A stretch of DNA of 64,000 bases from Patescibacteria group bacterium (GCA_028712155.1 JAQTQO010000003.1:2309-66308); one strand, 5' to 3'; numbered from the stretch's first letter, positions 15,812 through 25,996 are shown. The notes: generated from the sequence alone by a model not told the origin. A program made the numbers and translations.

Positions 15812-18385
15812 ATGCCAGATCTCGATGCGCGCATCCTTGCCCGGGGTTTATCCGATGAGCAAGCGGTAAAACGGTTAACTGAAGAAGGGTACAATGAACT
15901 GCCGACTGCAAAGCGGCAGTCAATTTTGCGTTTAATTCTAGAAATCGCCCGCCAGTCGATGTTTTTGCTCCTCATCGCCTGCGGTTCGCTCTATCTGGTG
16001 CTCGGAGACATCACGGAGGCACTGCTGCTGCTGAGCTTCGTTTTCGTGGTCATCGGCATCACCTTTGTTCAAAAACGAAAAACCGAGCGGGCACTGGACG
16101 CCTTGCGGGAACTGTCGAGTCCGCGGGCGCTGGTCGTACGGAACGGCCGGCGGCAGCGGATCGCCGGCCGCGAGGTCGTGCGCGACGATATCGTGCTGTT
16201 GTCCGAAGGCGATCGCGTACCGGCTGATGCGGTGCTGCTGCGATCCACCAACGTCAGCGTGGATGAATCACTCCTGACCGGCGAATCCGTACCGGTGCGA
16301 AAGGTGGTCTGGGACGGCAAGCTGACCATCGGCCGTCCCGGCGGTGACGACCTTCCGTTCATCTACTCCGGCACCATGGTGGTGCGCGGGCAAGCCATCG
16401 CGCAGGTGCGCGCGACCGGGCCGCGGACGGAAATCGGAAAAATCGGGAAAGCGTTGCAAATCCTTGAGCCCGAGGGTTCCGATCTCCAGCGCCAGACGGA
16501 TCGGATCGTCAAAATATTCGCGTTCGTCGGACTGTGCCTGTGTTTTTTTGTCGTGGTGGGTTTCGGTTTGACGCGGGGCGATTGGTTGCACGGGTTGCTG
16601 GCGGGATTGACGCTCGCCATGGCGACGCTCCCGGAAGAATTTCCGGTAGTCATGACCATTTTTTTGGCGCTGGGTGCGTGGCGGATCGCCAAGCGGAAAG
16701 TGTTGACCCGCCGCATGCCGGCCGTGGAAACGCTGGGTGCAACGACGGTGCTCTGCGTGGACAAAACCGGCACCATCACCCTCAATCGCATGTCGGTGGC
16801 GAAGGTGTGCGTGGAGGGGCACGTGCATGACGTGGGCACCGACCAGGGGAGCCTGGCGGAAAACCTCCATCAGATCGTCGAGTACAGCATTCTTGCCAGC
16901 CCGAGCGATCCGTTTGATCCGATGGAACGGGCGATGCAGGAGCTCGGCGCGCGTACCCTGGCGCACACCGAGCACCTGCACAGCGACTGGAAGCTCCTCC
17001 GCGAGTATCCGCTTACCGATAAGTTGTTCGCGATGTCGCGCGTGTGGCAGTCGCCGGACGGCGAGGACTACGTTATCGCGGCCAAGGGTGCGCCGGAAAC
17101 GATTGCCGACCTCTGTCATTTCGATGCGGCGCGTTTGGCCGACCTGGAGCGGCAGATCGAGCAGATGGTCGTCCATGGCTTGCGTGTGATCGGTGTGGCG
17201 AGCGCGCACTTCCGCCATTCCGCGCTCCCGCCGACGCAGCACGATTTTCCATTTACATTTCTCGGTTTGCTGGGGTTGGCCGATCCGGTGCGTCCCGGCG
17301 TACCGGAAGCCGTTGCCGAATGCGCGTCGGCGGGAATCCGCGTCATTATGATCACCGGCGATTATCCGGGGACGGCAAAAAATATCGCGCAGCAGATTGG
17401 ACTGAAACCGGTTCACCACATTATTACCGGATCGGCGCTTGACGCTATGGATGACGTCGAGCTGCAGCGGCGCATCCATACCGCGTGCATCTTCGCCCGC
17501 GTCGTGCCGGAGCAGAAGCTGCGCATCGTGAACGCGCTCAAGGCGAACGGCGAGGTGGTGGCGATGACCGGTGACGGCGTCAACGACGCTCCGGCGCTCA
17601 AGGCGGCGCACATCGGTATCGCGATGGGCGGCCGCGGCACGGACGTCGCGCGGGAGTCGGCGTCAATGGTGTTGCTCGACGACAACTTCGCTTCGATTGT
17701 CGCAGCCATACGCATGGGCCGCCGAGTGTATGATAATCTCAAGAAGGCCATCGTCTACATTTTTTCCGTGCATATTCCCATCGCCGGCATGTCGTTACTG
17801 CCGGTTTTGTTCAAATGGCCGCTGGCGCTGCTCCCGGTGCACATCGTGTTTTTGGAGCTCATCATTGATCCGGCCTGTTCGATTGTTTTTGAGGCCGAAC
17901 GGAGCGAGAAGGACGTGATGCGGCGCAAGCCGCGGCATCTCAAGGAACCGCTGTTCGGGCGCGCCATGGTTTTCCTCGGGCTCGCCCAGGGCCTGGGGAT
18001 TTTGACGATGGTCGCCGGCGAGTATGCGCTGGCGCTCGCCCTGGGCTTACCGGCGGGGGAGGCGCGGGCGTTCGCGTTCGTCAATTTGCTCATCGGCAAT
18101 CTCGGCTTGATCGTGGTGAACCGTTCGTGGACGCGATCGACCTGGGCAACGCTGAAGACGCCCAATCCCGCGCTCTGGTGGGTGGCCGGTGGGGGGGTGG
18201 GGTTTCTCGCTGCGGCACTCACCATTCCGTGGCTGCGGGCCATATTCGGTTTTGCGACGTTGCATCCCATGGATTATGCGCTCAATATGATGACCGCCCT
18301 CATGATCATCCTGATATTGGAAGGCTTTAAATTTCCCGCGGTGCAACGCTGGTTCGCTGCGGCGCACAAGCGCAAAAAACCTTAG
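15812..18385 (+). CDS. cation-transporting P-type ATPase (type II, Ca2+/Mg2+-like)
   Basis: Phosphorylation site 'CVDKTGTITLNRM', 'TGES', 'MITGD', hinge 'MTGDGVNDAPALKAAHIGIAMG'; 857 aa with 10 TM. Confidence 0.9.
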   Translation: MPDLDARILARGLSDEQAVKRLTEEGYNELPTAKRQSILRLILEIARQSMFLLLIACGSLYLVLGDITEALLLLSFVFVVIGITFVQKRKTERALDALRELSSPRALVVRNGRRQRIAGREVVRDDIVLLSEGDRVPADAVLLRSTNVSVDESLLTGESVPVRKVVWDGKLTIGRPGGDDLPFIYSGTMVVRGQAIAQVRATGPRTEIGKIGKALQILEPEGSDLQRQTDRIVKIFAFVGLCLCFFVVVGFGLTRGDWLHGLLAGLTLAMATLPEEFPVVMTIFLALGAWRIAKRKVLTRRMPAVETLGATTVLCVDKTGTITLNRMSVAKVCVEGHVHDVGTDQGSLAENLHQIVEYSILASPSDPFDPMERAMQELGARTLAHTEHLHSDWKLLREYPLTDKLFAMSRVWQSPDGEDYVIAAKGAPETIADLCHFDAARLADLERQIEQMVVHGLRVIGVASAHFRHSALPPTQHDFPFTFLGLLGLADPVRPGVPEAVAECASAGIRVIMITGDYPGTAKNIAQQIGLKPVHHIITGSALDAMDDVELQRRIHTACIFARVVPEQKLRIVNALKANGEVVAMTGDGVNDAPALKAAHIGIAMGGRGTDVARESASMVLLDDNFASIVAAIRMGRRVYDNLKKAIVYIFSVHIPIAGMSLLPVLFKWPLALLPVHIVFLELIIDPACSIVFEAERSEKDVMRRKPRHLKEPLFGRAMVFLGLAQGLGILTMVAGEYALALALGLPAGEARAFAFVNLLIGNLGLIVVNRSWTRSTWATLKTPNPALWWVAGGGVGFLAAALTIPWLRAIFGFATLHPMDYALNMMTALMIILILEGFKFPAVQRWFAAAHKRKKP

Positions 18386-18437
18386 CGCGATATAATTTTG
18401 GCGCTTGCGCTCCGCAATCAGCGGCAAGTTTTTCGGT

Positions 18438-18475
18438 GAAAAAAATAAAAAAAAACGGGGTGCATGCACCCCGTG
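18438..18475 (-). terminator. intrinsic terminator for the minus-strand gene at 18501-19226, between convergent genes
   Basis: Palindromic stem 'cggggtgca'/'tgcaccccg' preceded on plus by an A-run (a U-tract on minus). Confidence 0.7.
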
Positions 18476-18500
18476 GCAAAAGAACTGGGACTGCCGAAGG

Positions 18501-19226
18501 TCACTGGATGTGGCCGGAGCAGTGGAAGAAGACGTAGGCGCCTTCCTTGTTGAAGCCGGCCAGCGGATTGCCCGACTCACGCCACAGCGTCAGGGCAGCC
18601 GCGATGCCTTCCCGGAGGCCGGCGTCATCGAAGTAGACGGCGAACGCCAGCGCCTGGAGCAGCTGCCGGAGATTCTGCTGCCAGAGATTTGACGGAGAGG
18701 CGGGCAGCTTGGGTTGGAGCGGCTGGTACGCCACTTCCTCGACGTCGCCCATCAGCAGGGCGATCTCGTCGCTTTTGATGTCGCGATCGTCCAGCCATCC
18801 GACCAGCGAGTCTGCCAGTGCCTGCGCGAGCGTGCAGTCCACCGCTGAGGGAGTAGAAGCTTGAACGTCGACGAAGTCGTAGGTGCTGGGGATTGGCAGC
18901 AGGCGCCGTCCGCCGCACTCGCGCATCCTCAGGATGCAGGTATGCACGGCATCCTTGTCCAGCGGCCGGATGGACAGATCGGGGATCGGCGGGGTGTAAA
19001 ACGGCCCCAGAGCATCCGCCATCGCTCTGCCCTGCCGGGGGTCGCGCAGCCGCCAAAAGAGGAATTGGCAGCTCGTGCCCAGTATCCTGCCGGCCTCGAC
19101 GGTGTGCTGGAGCTGGCGCAGTACCCACGCCGGGCTGCACTGGTATTGCCCCAGTTCACGGATTTCCCGGCTGAGTTCGCTCAGAGCCTCTTCGTCTTTG
19201 GGCTCGCCAAAGGTTGTTTCCGGCAT
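18501..19226 (-). CDS. hypothetical protein
   Basis: 241-aa ORF with a strong SD 'GAGGAGG' 5 nt before the ATG and its own terminator. Confidence 0.6.
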   Translation of the reverse strand: MPETTFGEPKDEEALSELSREIRELGQYQCSPAWVLRQLQHTVEAGRILGTSCQFLFWRLRDPRQGRAMADALGPFYTPPIPDLSIRPLDKDAVHTCILRMRECGGRRLLPIPSTYDFVDVQASTPSAVDCTLAQALADSLVGWLDDRDIKSDEIALLMGDVEEVAYQPLQPKLPASPSNLWQQNLRQLLQALAFAVYFDDAGLREGIAAALTLWRESGNPLAGFNKEGAYVFFHCSGHIQ

Positions 19227-19428
19227 CTTTGCCTCCTCAAAGAACAGTGCTTGCCATCATCGCGAAAACCGATTTCGCGCGCAGCATAGTGAAGTACCCT
19301 ACACAAATATCATTGATTTGTCAAGGGTTTACTTACAGCCATGTCATCCTGTTGGGCGCGAATTTTTTACTCTTCGGTCCAGTAGGAATATATTTATGGT
19401 GTGGTAGAATAGAGATACTTGGCTGGCT

Positions 19429-19905
19429 ATGGAAATTTCCACCCTTGTAAATCCACGGCAAGTCATTTTGCTCACCGCCCGCGCCAAGGGCCGCGACAAT
19501 GTCATGGCACTGGCTTGGCATACGCCGGTGAGCTACGATCCCCCGATGTATGCGGTCGCCATCTACCGCGGATGGTTCACCTGCGGTTTGGTGCGGGCGT
19601 CAAAAGTGTTTGTCGTCAATTTCATGCCGAAGAGTTCCGCACCGGCGGTGTTGATATGCGGCAGAAAATCAGGAAAGAAAATGGATAAGTTTGCCGCCAG
19701 CGGGCTGGATAAAGAGGAGGCGGAAAAGGTGAAAGCTCCTCGCATCAAACAGGCGCTCGGGTATTTGGAATGCCGAACCGTGCGTTCGGTAAACGTCGGC
19801 GATCACGTGGTATTTATCGCCAAGGTGCTGAAGGCCAGACTCAAGAGCAAAGGCAAACGTCTTTTTCATCTCGGCGGCGATCGTTTTACCACGACCACTC
19901 GGTAA
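19429..19905 (+). CDS. flavin reductase-like FMN-binding domain protein
   Basis: 'VILLTARAKGRDNVMALAWHTPVSYDPPMYAVAI' is typical of the flavin reductase family. Confidence 0.7.
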   Translation: MEISTLVNPRQVILLTARAKGRDNVMALAWHTPVSYDPPMYAVAIYRGWFTCGLVRASKVFVVNFMPKSSAPAVLICGRKSGKKMDKFAASGLDKEEAEKVKAPRIKQALGYLECRTVRSVNVGDHVVFIAKVLKARLKSKGKRLFHLGGDRFTTTTR

Positions 19906-19912
19906 TTTATAT

Positions 19913-20176
19913 ATGCAAACGAAAATTTCCAAGCCGACGCCGCAGCAAATTACGGCAGCGGAAAACTGGGGAACCTGGGAAAAAGAAATTTCTGAATTTC
20001 CGTTGGAGTACGATACGCAAGAGACGTGCTACATTTTGGAAGGGGAGGCGGAGGTGATCGAGGCGGACGGAGCCGTGGCGCATTTTGGCGCGGGTGACTG
20101 GGTGGTATTTCCGGCCGGCCTGAAATGCACCTGGAAGATTACACGGCCCATCAAGAAAAGATATCTATTTAATTAA
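19913..20176 (+). CDS. cupin domain protein
   Basis: 87 aa; 'ETCYILEGEAEV...GDWVVFPAGLKCTW' is a two-motif cupin signature. Confidence 0.6.
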   Translation: MQTKISKPTPQQITAAENWGTWEKEISEFPLEYDTQETCYILEGEAEVIEADGAVAHFGAGDWVVFPAGLKCTWKITRPIKKRYLFN

Positions 20177-20191
20177 GTGTACGAACATCGT

Positions 20192-20674
20192 ATGCCAAAT
20201 GAACCAGTGACCGAGACCGGTTGCTGCGCGCGTTTCGATCCGGCGCCGTGGCAGGACAAAGAGATCACGTGGGACAAGCGGCGGTTTGTCAAAGACCACG
20301 TCACCAGTTTTTTGCACATTCCGTTGAACATGGGCGCAAAAGTCGTCAAAAACATGAAGACGATTGAAGCGGCCGGTGCGAAATCAGGAATCCAACTGAT
20401 GCTGACGGATGAAAAGTCGCTGTGGGGATCCGACATCTACATTGACGTTGCCAAAGACGTCCCCGGCGCGCAGATGGCAGAAATTTCCGGCACGTTTTTA
20501 ACCAAGGTATTTGAAGGTCCGTACAATCAGGCCGGCGTGTGGGCCAAGGAGATGGTCGAGTACGTCAAGGCGAAAGGCAAGACGCTCAAAAAATTGTACT
20601 TTTCGTACACCACCTGCCCGCACTGTGCGAAGGCCTACGGGAAAAATTACGTAGTGCTATTTGCGCAGATATAG
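20192..20674 (+). CDS. hypothetical protein (Cys-containing, CC...CPHC)
   Basis: 161-aa ORF directly after the cupin gene; no confident family assignment. Confidence 0.45.
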   Translation: MPNEPVTETGCCARFDPAPWQDKEITWDKRRFVKDHVTSFLHIPLNMGAKVVKNMKTIEAAGAKSGIQLMLTDEKSLWGSDIYIDVAKDVPGAQMAEISGTFLTKVFEGPYNQAGVWAKEMVEYVKAKGKTLKKLYFSYTTCPHCAKAYGKNYVVLFAQI

Positions 20675-20696
20675 GCGCGCATCTGACGGTAACCTC

Positions 20697-21242
20697 ATGG
20701 ACAGAAATTTTCTCGACCAGCGCATCCGCAAAATTCCGGACTTTCCCAAACCCGGCGTGCTGTTCTACGACATCACCACGCTGTTTGAGGATGCGCAGGC
20801 ATTCCGTGAAGTGATGGATGTGCTTTCCGCAAATTACGCCGGAAAAAAGGTTGACAAGGTGGTGGGCATTGACGCCCGCGGTTTTCTGCTGGCCTCGGTC
20901 ATGGCGTACAAACTGAACGCCGGCATTTCGATCGTACGTAAAAAAGGCAAATTGCCGTACAAAACGAAATCCGCATCATACGAAAAGGAGTATGGTCCCG
21001 ATGTCATCGAAATGCACGAGGGAACGATTAAGCCCGGCGAGAGCGTAGTGATCGCCGACGATCTGCTGGCCACCGGCGGCACCATGCTTTCCACGGTTCA
21101 GCTCGTCGAGCAGATGGGCGGAAAGATTATGGGGATTGATTTTATCATCGCGCTGACGTTTTTGCCGGGCCTGAAAAAATTGCAGGCACGCGGATTTCCG
21201 GTGCACTACTTGATTGATTACGACCATGAAAAAGTCAGTTGA
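20697..21242 (+). CDS. apt: adenine phosphoribosyltransferase
   Basis: 'FPKPGVLFYDITTL', PRPP-binding 'VVIADDLLATGGT'. Confidence 0.88.
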   Translation: MDRNFLDQRIRKIPDFPKPGVLFYDITTLFEDAQAFREVMDVLSANYAGKKVDKVVGIDARGFLLASVMAYKLNAGISIVRKKGKLPYKTKSASYEKEYGPDVIEMHEGTIKPGESVVIADDLLATGGTMLSTVQLVEQMGGKIMGIDFIIALTFLPGLKKLQARGFPVHYLIDYDHEKVS

Positions 21243-22038
21243 TTCGGCGACACCCGAAATAATTATCGGCATTATCGGCGGTTCCGGGTTGGATGACCCG
21301 CAATTGCTTGTAGATTTCAAGGAGATCGCGCTGGAGACGCCGTACGGGCAGCCCTCCTCGGTGGTGACGGTCGGTCGGTTGGGAAACGCAAAGGTGGCGA
21401 TTTTGTCCCGGCACGGGAAAGACCATTCCATCGTGCCGACCAAAGTGCCATACCGCGCCAATCTGTGGGCGCTCAAGGAGGTCGGCTGCACGCATATTCT
21501 GGCCACCACCGCCTGCGGTTCGCTGCGCGAAGAAATCCGGCCCGGCGATTTCGTGTTTCCGGATCAGTTCATCGATAACACGAAACACCGGCCGCTGACG
21601 CTGTTTGAGGACCAGGTCATCCATACGGCCATGGCCGATCCGTTCTGCCCGATGCTGCGCGCGCTGCTCATGCGGGCGGCGACGACCATGCAATTGCGCC
21701 ATCACCCGAACGGGACTATCGTCACGATTGAAGGTCCGCGGTTTTCCACCCGCGCGGAATCAAAGATGTTTCAGAGCTGGGGCGCCGACGTTATTAATAT
21801 GTCCACGGTGCCGGAGGTGACGCTGGCACGTGAGCTGGGGTTGTGCTACCAGACGATTGCCATGACCACCGATTACGACTGCTGGAAGGAGGGTGAGGAG
21901 CCGGTAACGTGGGAGATTATTTGTGAACGGATGCAGCAGAATGCCGAACGGGTCAAACAGCTCATTTTCGCAGTGGTTCCGACCGTTGATCGCATCGATC
22001 AGACCTGCCGCGCGACAACGGAGCTCAAGATAGAGTAG
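21226..22038 (+). CDS. mtnP: S-methyl-5'-thioadenosine phosphorylase
   Basis: 'IGIIGGSGL', 'GRHG', 'ATTACGSLREE', 'VINMSTVPEV' PNP/MTAP family motifs; overlaps the apt 3' end. Confidence 0.85.
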   Translation: MKKSVDSATPEIIIGIIGGSGLDDPQLLVDFKEIALETPYGQPSSVVTVGRLGNAKVAILSRHGKDHSIVPTKVPYRANLWALKEVGCTHILATTACGSLREEIRPGDFVFPDQFIDNTKHRPLTLFEDQVIHTAMADPFCPMLRALLMRAATTMQLRHHPNGTIVTIEGPRFSTRAESKMFQSWGADVINMSTVPEVTLARELGLCYQTIAMTTDYDCWKEGEEPVTWEIICERMQQNAERVKQLIFAVVPTVDRIDQTCRATTELKIE

Positions 22039-22059
22039 AAAACAGGGATCTGTGCGTGC

Positions 22060-22851
22060 TTGTCTTACATAACTATGTCTGAGTATTACCGCCCCCGGCG
22101 GAGCTCCAATCTCTATACGCCCGGCAGCGCCGAGCCATTCCGCGTCAGCCGGTCAAAGATCGACCTCTTCCTCAACTGTCCGCGGTGTTTCTACCTCGAC
22201 CGCCGGCTGGGCGTGGCGCAGCCGCCCGGTTTTCCATTTTCGCTCAATGCCGCCGTGGATAAACTTTTAAAGAAAGAGTTTGATATCCACCGTGCGCAGG
22301 GCACCCAACACCCGCTGATGCGCGCCTATAAAATTGACGCCGTTCCGTTCGATCACCCGAAGATGGAGGAGTGGCGCGACAGTCTGGGCGGCGGCATCCG
22401 GTACTTTCATGCCCCGACAAAATTTTTGGTAACCGGCGGGGTTGATGACCTCTGGGTGAACCCCGGCGGGGAAATTTCCGTGGTGGATTACAAGGCGACA
22501 GCCAAAGACAGCGAGGTGAACATTGATGCGGCGTGGCAGATCGGTTACAAGCGGCAGATGGAGGTGTACCAGTGGCTGTTTCGGCAAAATGGTTTTACCG
22601 TGTCGGACGCCGGTTACTTCGTGTACGTCAACGGCAAAACCGATCGCAAGGCGTTTGACGGCAAGCTCGAGTTTGACGTAAAGATTTTGCCCTACCGCGG
22701 AAACGATGCATGGGTGGAGCCGACGCTCTACGAAATCCTGCGCTGTCTGGAGAGCGATCAGCTGCCGGCACCCGCCAAAGACTGCGATTTTTGCAATTAC
22801 CGCGCCGCCGTCCTGGCGGTCGAGAAATCCGCCGGAAGAAAACGCGGGTGA
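22060..22851 (+). CDS. PD-(D/E)XK nuclease, Cas4/RecB-like with terminal Cys pairs (standalone)
   Basis: 'VDDLWVNPGGEISVVDYKATAK' (D...E/DxK), N-terminal 'CPRCFY' and C-terminal 'CDFCNY' Cys pairs as in Fe-S Cas4-family nucleases. Confidence 0.6.
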   Translation: MSYITMSEYYRPRRSSNLYTPGSAEPFRVSRSKIDLFLNCPRCFYLDRRLGVAQPPGFPFSLNAAVDKLLKKEFDIHRAQGTQHPLMRAYKIDAVPFDHPKMEEWRDSLGGGIRYFHAPTKFLVTGGVDDLWVNPGGEISVVDYKATAKDSEVNIDAAWQIGYKRQMEVYQWLFRQNGFTVSDAGYFVYVNGKTDRKAFDGKLEFDVKILPYRGNDAWVEPTLYEILRCLESDQLPAPAKDCDFCNYRAAVLAVEKSAGRKRG

Positions 22852-22938
22852 AAATCCCAGCACCAATCTCAACAATACTTTTTTCTGGATCCCCGCGGGC
22901 GCAAAAATGACATCGGGGAAATTACACGATCCATTTGC

Positions 22939-23412
22939 ATGTTCGGTATGGATTTTTGGGAGGTTGTAGAACTACGCCACTGCGTGCGGTCGTTTGATGC
23001 CGGCCGCGAAGTTACCGATGCCCTTGTTGCCAAACTGCTGGATGCGGCCCGGCATGCGCCGTCAGCGGGTGGAATTTATCCGACGGAGTTTGTCGTCGTG
23101 CGGGATGTTGCGGTGAAAACGCAGCTGGCGGCCGCGGCGCGCAATCAGGAATTTTTGGCTGACGCACCGGTGGTCATCGTCGTGGTCTCCGATGCAGGCA
23201 TGAGCGCGGCCAAATACGGCGAGCGCGGAAGAAATCTCTATGCGGTGCAAGACGCGGCAGCCGCAACGGAAAACCTGTTTCTGGCGGCGACCGCATCGGG
23301 TTTGGGCGCATGCTGGGTCGGCGCTTTCGAAGAAAGCGAAGTGGCCAAGGTGCTGCAGCTTGATGAGGCGAAGCGTCCCCTGGCGATCATTCCCGTCGGT
23401 TATCCGCGGTAG
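22939..23412 (+). CDS. nitroreductase family protein
   Basis: 'RHCVRSFD', 'PSAGGIYP', 'AAATENLFLAATASGLGACWVG'. Confidence 0.8.
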   Translation: MFGMDFWEVVELRHCVRSFDAGREVTDALVAKLLDAARHAPSAGGIYPTEFVVVRDVAVKTQLAAAARNQEFLADAPVVIVVVSDAGMSAAKYGERGRNLYAVQDAAAATENLFLAATASGLGACWVGAFEESEVAKVLQLDEAKRPLAIIPVGYPR

Positions 23413-23421
23413 CCCGAATGT

Positions 23422-23453
23422 AAAAAAGCGCCCGACGTGCGGGCGATTTTTTT
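23422..23453. terminator. bidirectional intrinsic terminator between convergent nitroreductase and rlmN genes
   Basis: GC stem 'cgcccg'/'cgggcg' flanked by A6 upstream and T7 downstream. Confidence 0.7.
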
Positions 23454-23468
23454 GTGGGTGAAAATATA

Positions 23469-24521
23469 CTATGCGGGTGTTGCCGGCTGGTATACCAGCT
23501 GCCCGCACGCGGCGGCAATGTCTGCACCCATCGCGTGGCGCTCGGTCACGTCGCAGCCGCCAGTGAGCAGGATATTCTTGAAACCGTCGATCCGTTCCCG
23601 CTGGCTGGGGGTAAACGGTTTGCCGGACACCGGGTTGTACGGGATGACGTTGATTTTCTTTGCGCCGGTGGTTTTCAAATATGCCGCCAATTCCGTGGCA
23701 TCGGCGACGGAATCATTGACCCCGTTGAGCAGGATATATTCGAAGGTCAGGTACCGGCGGCGGTTGCCGAGGGTCTGCTGGTAGCGCCGCGACCATTCGG
23801 CAAGCTGCGGCAGGAAATTCTGCGCCGTGGACGGAACGATTTTATTTCGCAGCTTCTCGTTGGCGCTGTGGAGCGATATCGCGATGCGCACGGGAGGCCA
23901 GCCCGGGTCGGTGAGCAGCTGCTCGAGCATCGGCAGCAGGCCGACGGTGGATACCGTGAGATGCGTGGGGCCAAGATCGGTGTTTTTTAACAAGGCGGCA
24001 ACTGCGGCTTTCACGTTTTCGTAGTTGGCGAGCGGTTCGCCCATGCCCATCATGACGAGATTGCTGATGCGCGGCGGCAGGTCGGGGCGGTCGTGGAGAA
24101 ATTTTTGCCAGCTGCGGAACTGGTCGACGATCTCGTCGGCGGTGAGGCTGCGTTTGAGGCCCATGGTACCGGTGGCGCAAAATGAACAGCCCATACCGCA
24201 GCCGATCTGTGACGAGACGCAGATCGTCCAACTGCCGCGGGCGTTTTTCATCAGGACGGTTTCGTAGCGCAGGCCGTCGGCTGCCTGCAGCACCGACTTG
24301 TAGGTATCATGCGCCTGACTTTCCAGCGTGCGCACCACCGTGTGCGTAACCCATGGTATGGCCGCGTTCAGCGTCTGGCGCATTGCTTGCGGCAAAACGG
24401 TGATGCCGTCCCAGCCGTTAACGGCAGGGTCAAAGAACGCGCGTTCGATCTGTGCCAATCGATAGCGCGGCGCGTCCGGGAAAAGCGTCGCGAAGTGTTG
24501 GGCGCGGGAAATGGTTGGCAT
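23469..24521 (-). CDS. rlmN: 23S rRNA (adenine2503-C2)-methyltransferase, radical SAM
   Basis: 'CVSSQIGCGMGCSFCATG' radical SAM CxxxCxxC plus the C-terminal conserved Cys; RlmN/Cfr family length and layout. Confidence 0.88.
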   Translation of the reverse strand: MPTISRAQHFATLFPDAPRYRLAQIERAFFDPAVNGWDGITVLPQAMRQTLNAAIPWVTHTVVRTLESQAHDTYKSVLQAADGLRYETVLMKNARGSWTICVSSQIGCGMGCSFCATGTMGLKRSLTADEIVDQFRSWQKFLHDRPDLPPRISNLVMMGMGEPLANYENVKAAVAALLKNTDLGPTHLTVSTVGLLPMLEQLLTDPGWPPVRIAISLHSANEKLRNKIVPSTAQNFLPQLAEWSRRYQQTLGNRRRYLTFEYILLNGVNDSVADATELAAYLKTTGAKKINVIPYNPVSGKPFTPSQRERIDGFKNILLTGGCDVTERHAMGADIAAACGQLVYQPATPA

Positions 24522-24652
24522 AGGTAGCGGTTCTTACCATCCTAGGATGAATGCGTGATTGGCGCAACCCGGGCGATCGCTGAAAGTCACATGGAGAGAA
24601 GCGGCGGGGGGACTGATGTGCTATACTATAAAAATGAGGGAGATGGAATATT

Positions 24653-25996
24653 TTGGCAATCACAAAACAGGATATCGTTATGCCGAAAAGGAATGATAAA
24701 GTTAGCGACCCGTTTGACGGAGTCTCGCGGTCAGGTTTGGGTTTGCCCACGCGGTATTCAAGCGTCTGGTTGATTGTGGTCGGTGGATTGGTGGTTGTTG
24801 GCGCAATCGGTGCGGTATGGTTTTTGCCGCAATTGCATCGTGCGGTGGGTCCGGCGCCGGCGCCGTTCGCGTTGCCCAGCGCGACGGTGGCGCCGGCGGT
24901 AAGCCCGGCGGCAGCCGTCCCCGCGACGAGTCCCGTAGCGGCCCCAACGCCATCAAGTCAAGCGGCCGCCACGTTTAATGAATTCGGGCGCACGTTCCGC
25001 GAGTACGGACGGGAGTATAGCGATGCGGGCGATCTGTTTTTCGGCGGGTACGCTAACGTCGGCGGCACGCTGGCGTACACTGCGCGGCAAGGGAATCAAC
25101 TGTTTGTCGTGCACCGCGGCGGCATGATCGGGCAAGATCTTCCTGACCTTGGAGGGATTTTGGAAATTTTGGATAACGGCGGGAAGCCGGCGTTCCTCGC
25201 GCTGCGATCGGACCTTTCGCCGTTGGGCGGTTTTGGGTCGTATATTTTCTTTGACGGACAGCGCATCGGTGCGTCGTATGCGTACGTGCGGGATCCGGCG
25301 AGCATCAGCGGGAAACTAGCGTATGTTGGAATAATCAAGGATTCGACCCGTCCGGGCGGACAGCGCTCCGTGGTGGTCTACGACGGCAAAGAGTACGGCC
25401 GGGCATACGACGAGGTGGAAACTCCGTTCGCGCTGGAAGGGAAACTGGCATTTTTTGCCACGCGCGGCGCGGACTTTATGGTGGTGACCGTCTACGACGG
25501 CAAGGAAAGTATACTGCCGGAAAGCCAGTTTGACGTCCCGGCAGTGAAAGATGCCGCGGGTCGCGTCGTGTTTGTTTACGATAATGGTACCGCCCGGGAC
25601 CAGGCGGTTTTCAACGGCAAGGCCGTGACGGTGGATATGGGAACCGACCGGTCATACGCGTGGTATGACGGGCAGAAGCTCGGCGCGGAGTACGACGAAG
25701 TGCTCGAAGTCGCGCCGGTCGGAGGGAAGCTGGCGCTGCTCGTTCAAAAAAAAGGCCGGACGCTGATTGCGTACGACGGTAAAGAGTACGGGCATCATTA
25801 TGATTCCGTCTATGATTTGCCGGGCGAGAAAAGCGATGCGTACAGCCTGCGGATGCCGTACCGGATGGGTAAACCGCAAGCGATGTTTTCCGCGATTAAA
25901 TTCGTCGGTGACGTGGGCGGGAAGCTGACGTATCTGGTGACCGTCGGATTTTCCGCCGATGGTAGCCCGAAGCAAATTATCGTGCAGGAGGAGTAA
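24653..25996 (+). CDS. membrane-anchored repeat protein (WG/KWG-like beta-repeats)
   Basis: N-terminal TM, Ala/Pro-rich linker, then at least six degenerate ~40-aa repeats 'GKLAY...VVYDGKEYG..YDEV'; TTG start with SD GGGAG. Confidence 0.55.
   Translation: MAITKQDIVMPKRNDKVSDPFDGVSRSGLGLPTRYSSVWLIVVGGLVVVGAIGAVWFLPQLHRAVGPAPAPFALPSATVAPAVSPAAAVPATSPVAAPTPSSQAAATFNEFGRTFREYGREYSDAGDLFFGGYANVGGTLAYTARQGNQLFVVHRGGMIGQDLPDLGGILEILDNGGKPAFLALRSDLSPLGGFGSYIFFDGQRIGASYAYVRDPASISGKLAYVGIIKDSTRPGGQRSVVVYDGKEYGRAYDEVETPFALEGKLAFFATRGADFMVVTVYDGKESILPESQFDVPAVKDAAGRVVFVYDNGTARDQAVFNGKAVTVDMGTDRSYAWYDGQKLGAEYDEVLEVAPVGGKLALLVQKKGRTLIAYDGKEYGHHYDSVYDLPGEKSDAYSLRMPYRMGKPQAMFSAIKFVGDVGGKLTYLVTVGFSADGSPKQIIVQEE

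Noticed and set aside
16268-17611. 447-aa minus-strand ORF
   Set aside because: Antisense to the P-type ATPase (DKTGT, GDGVNDAPAL motifs on plus), with Arg-rich composition and no domain signature.
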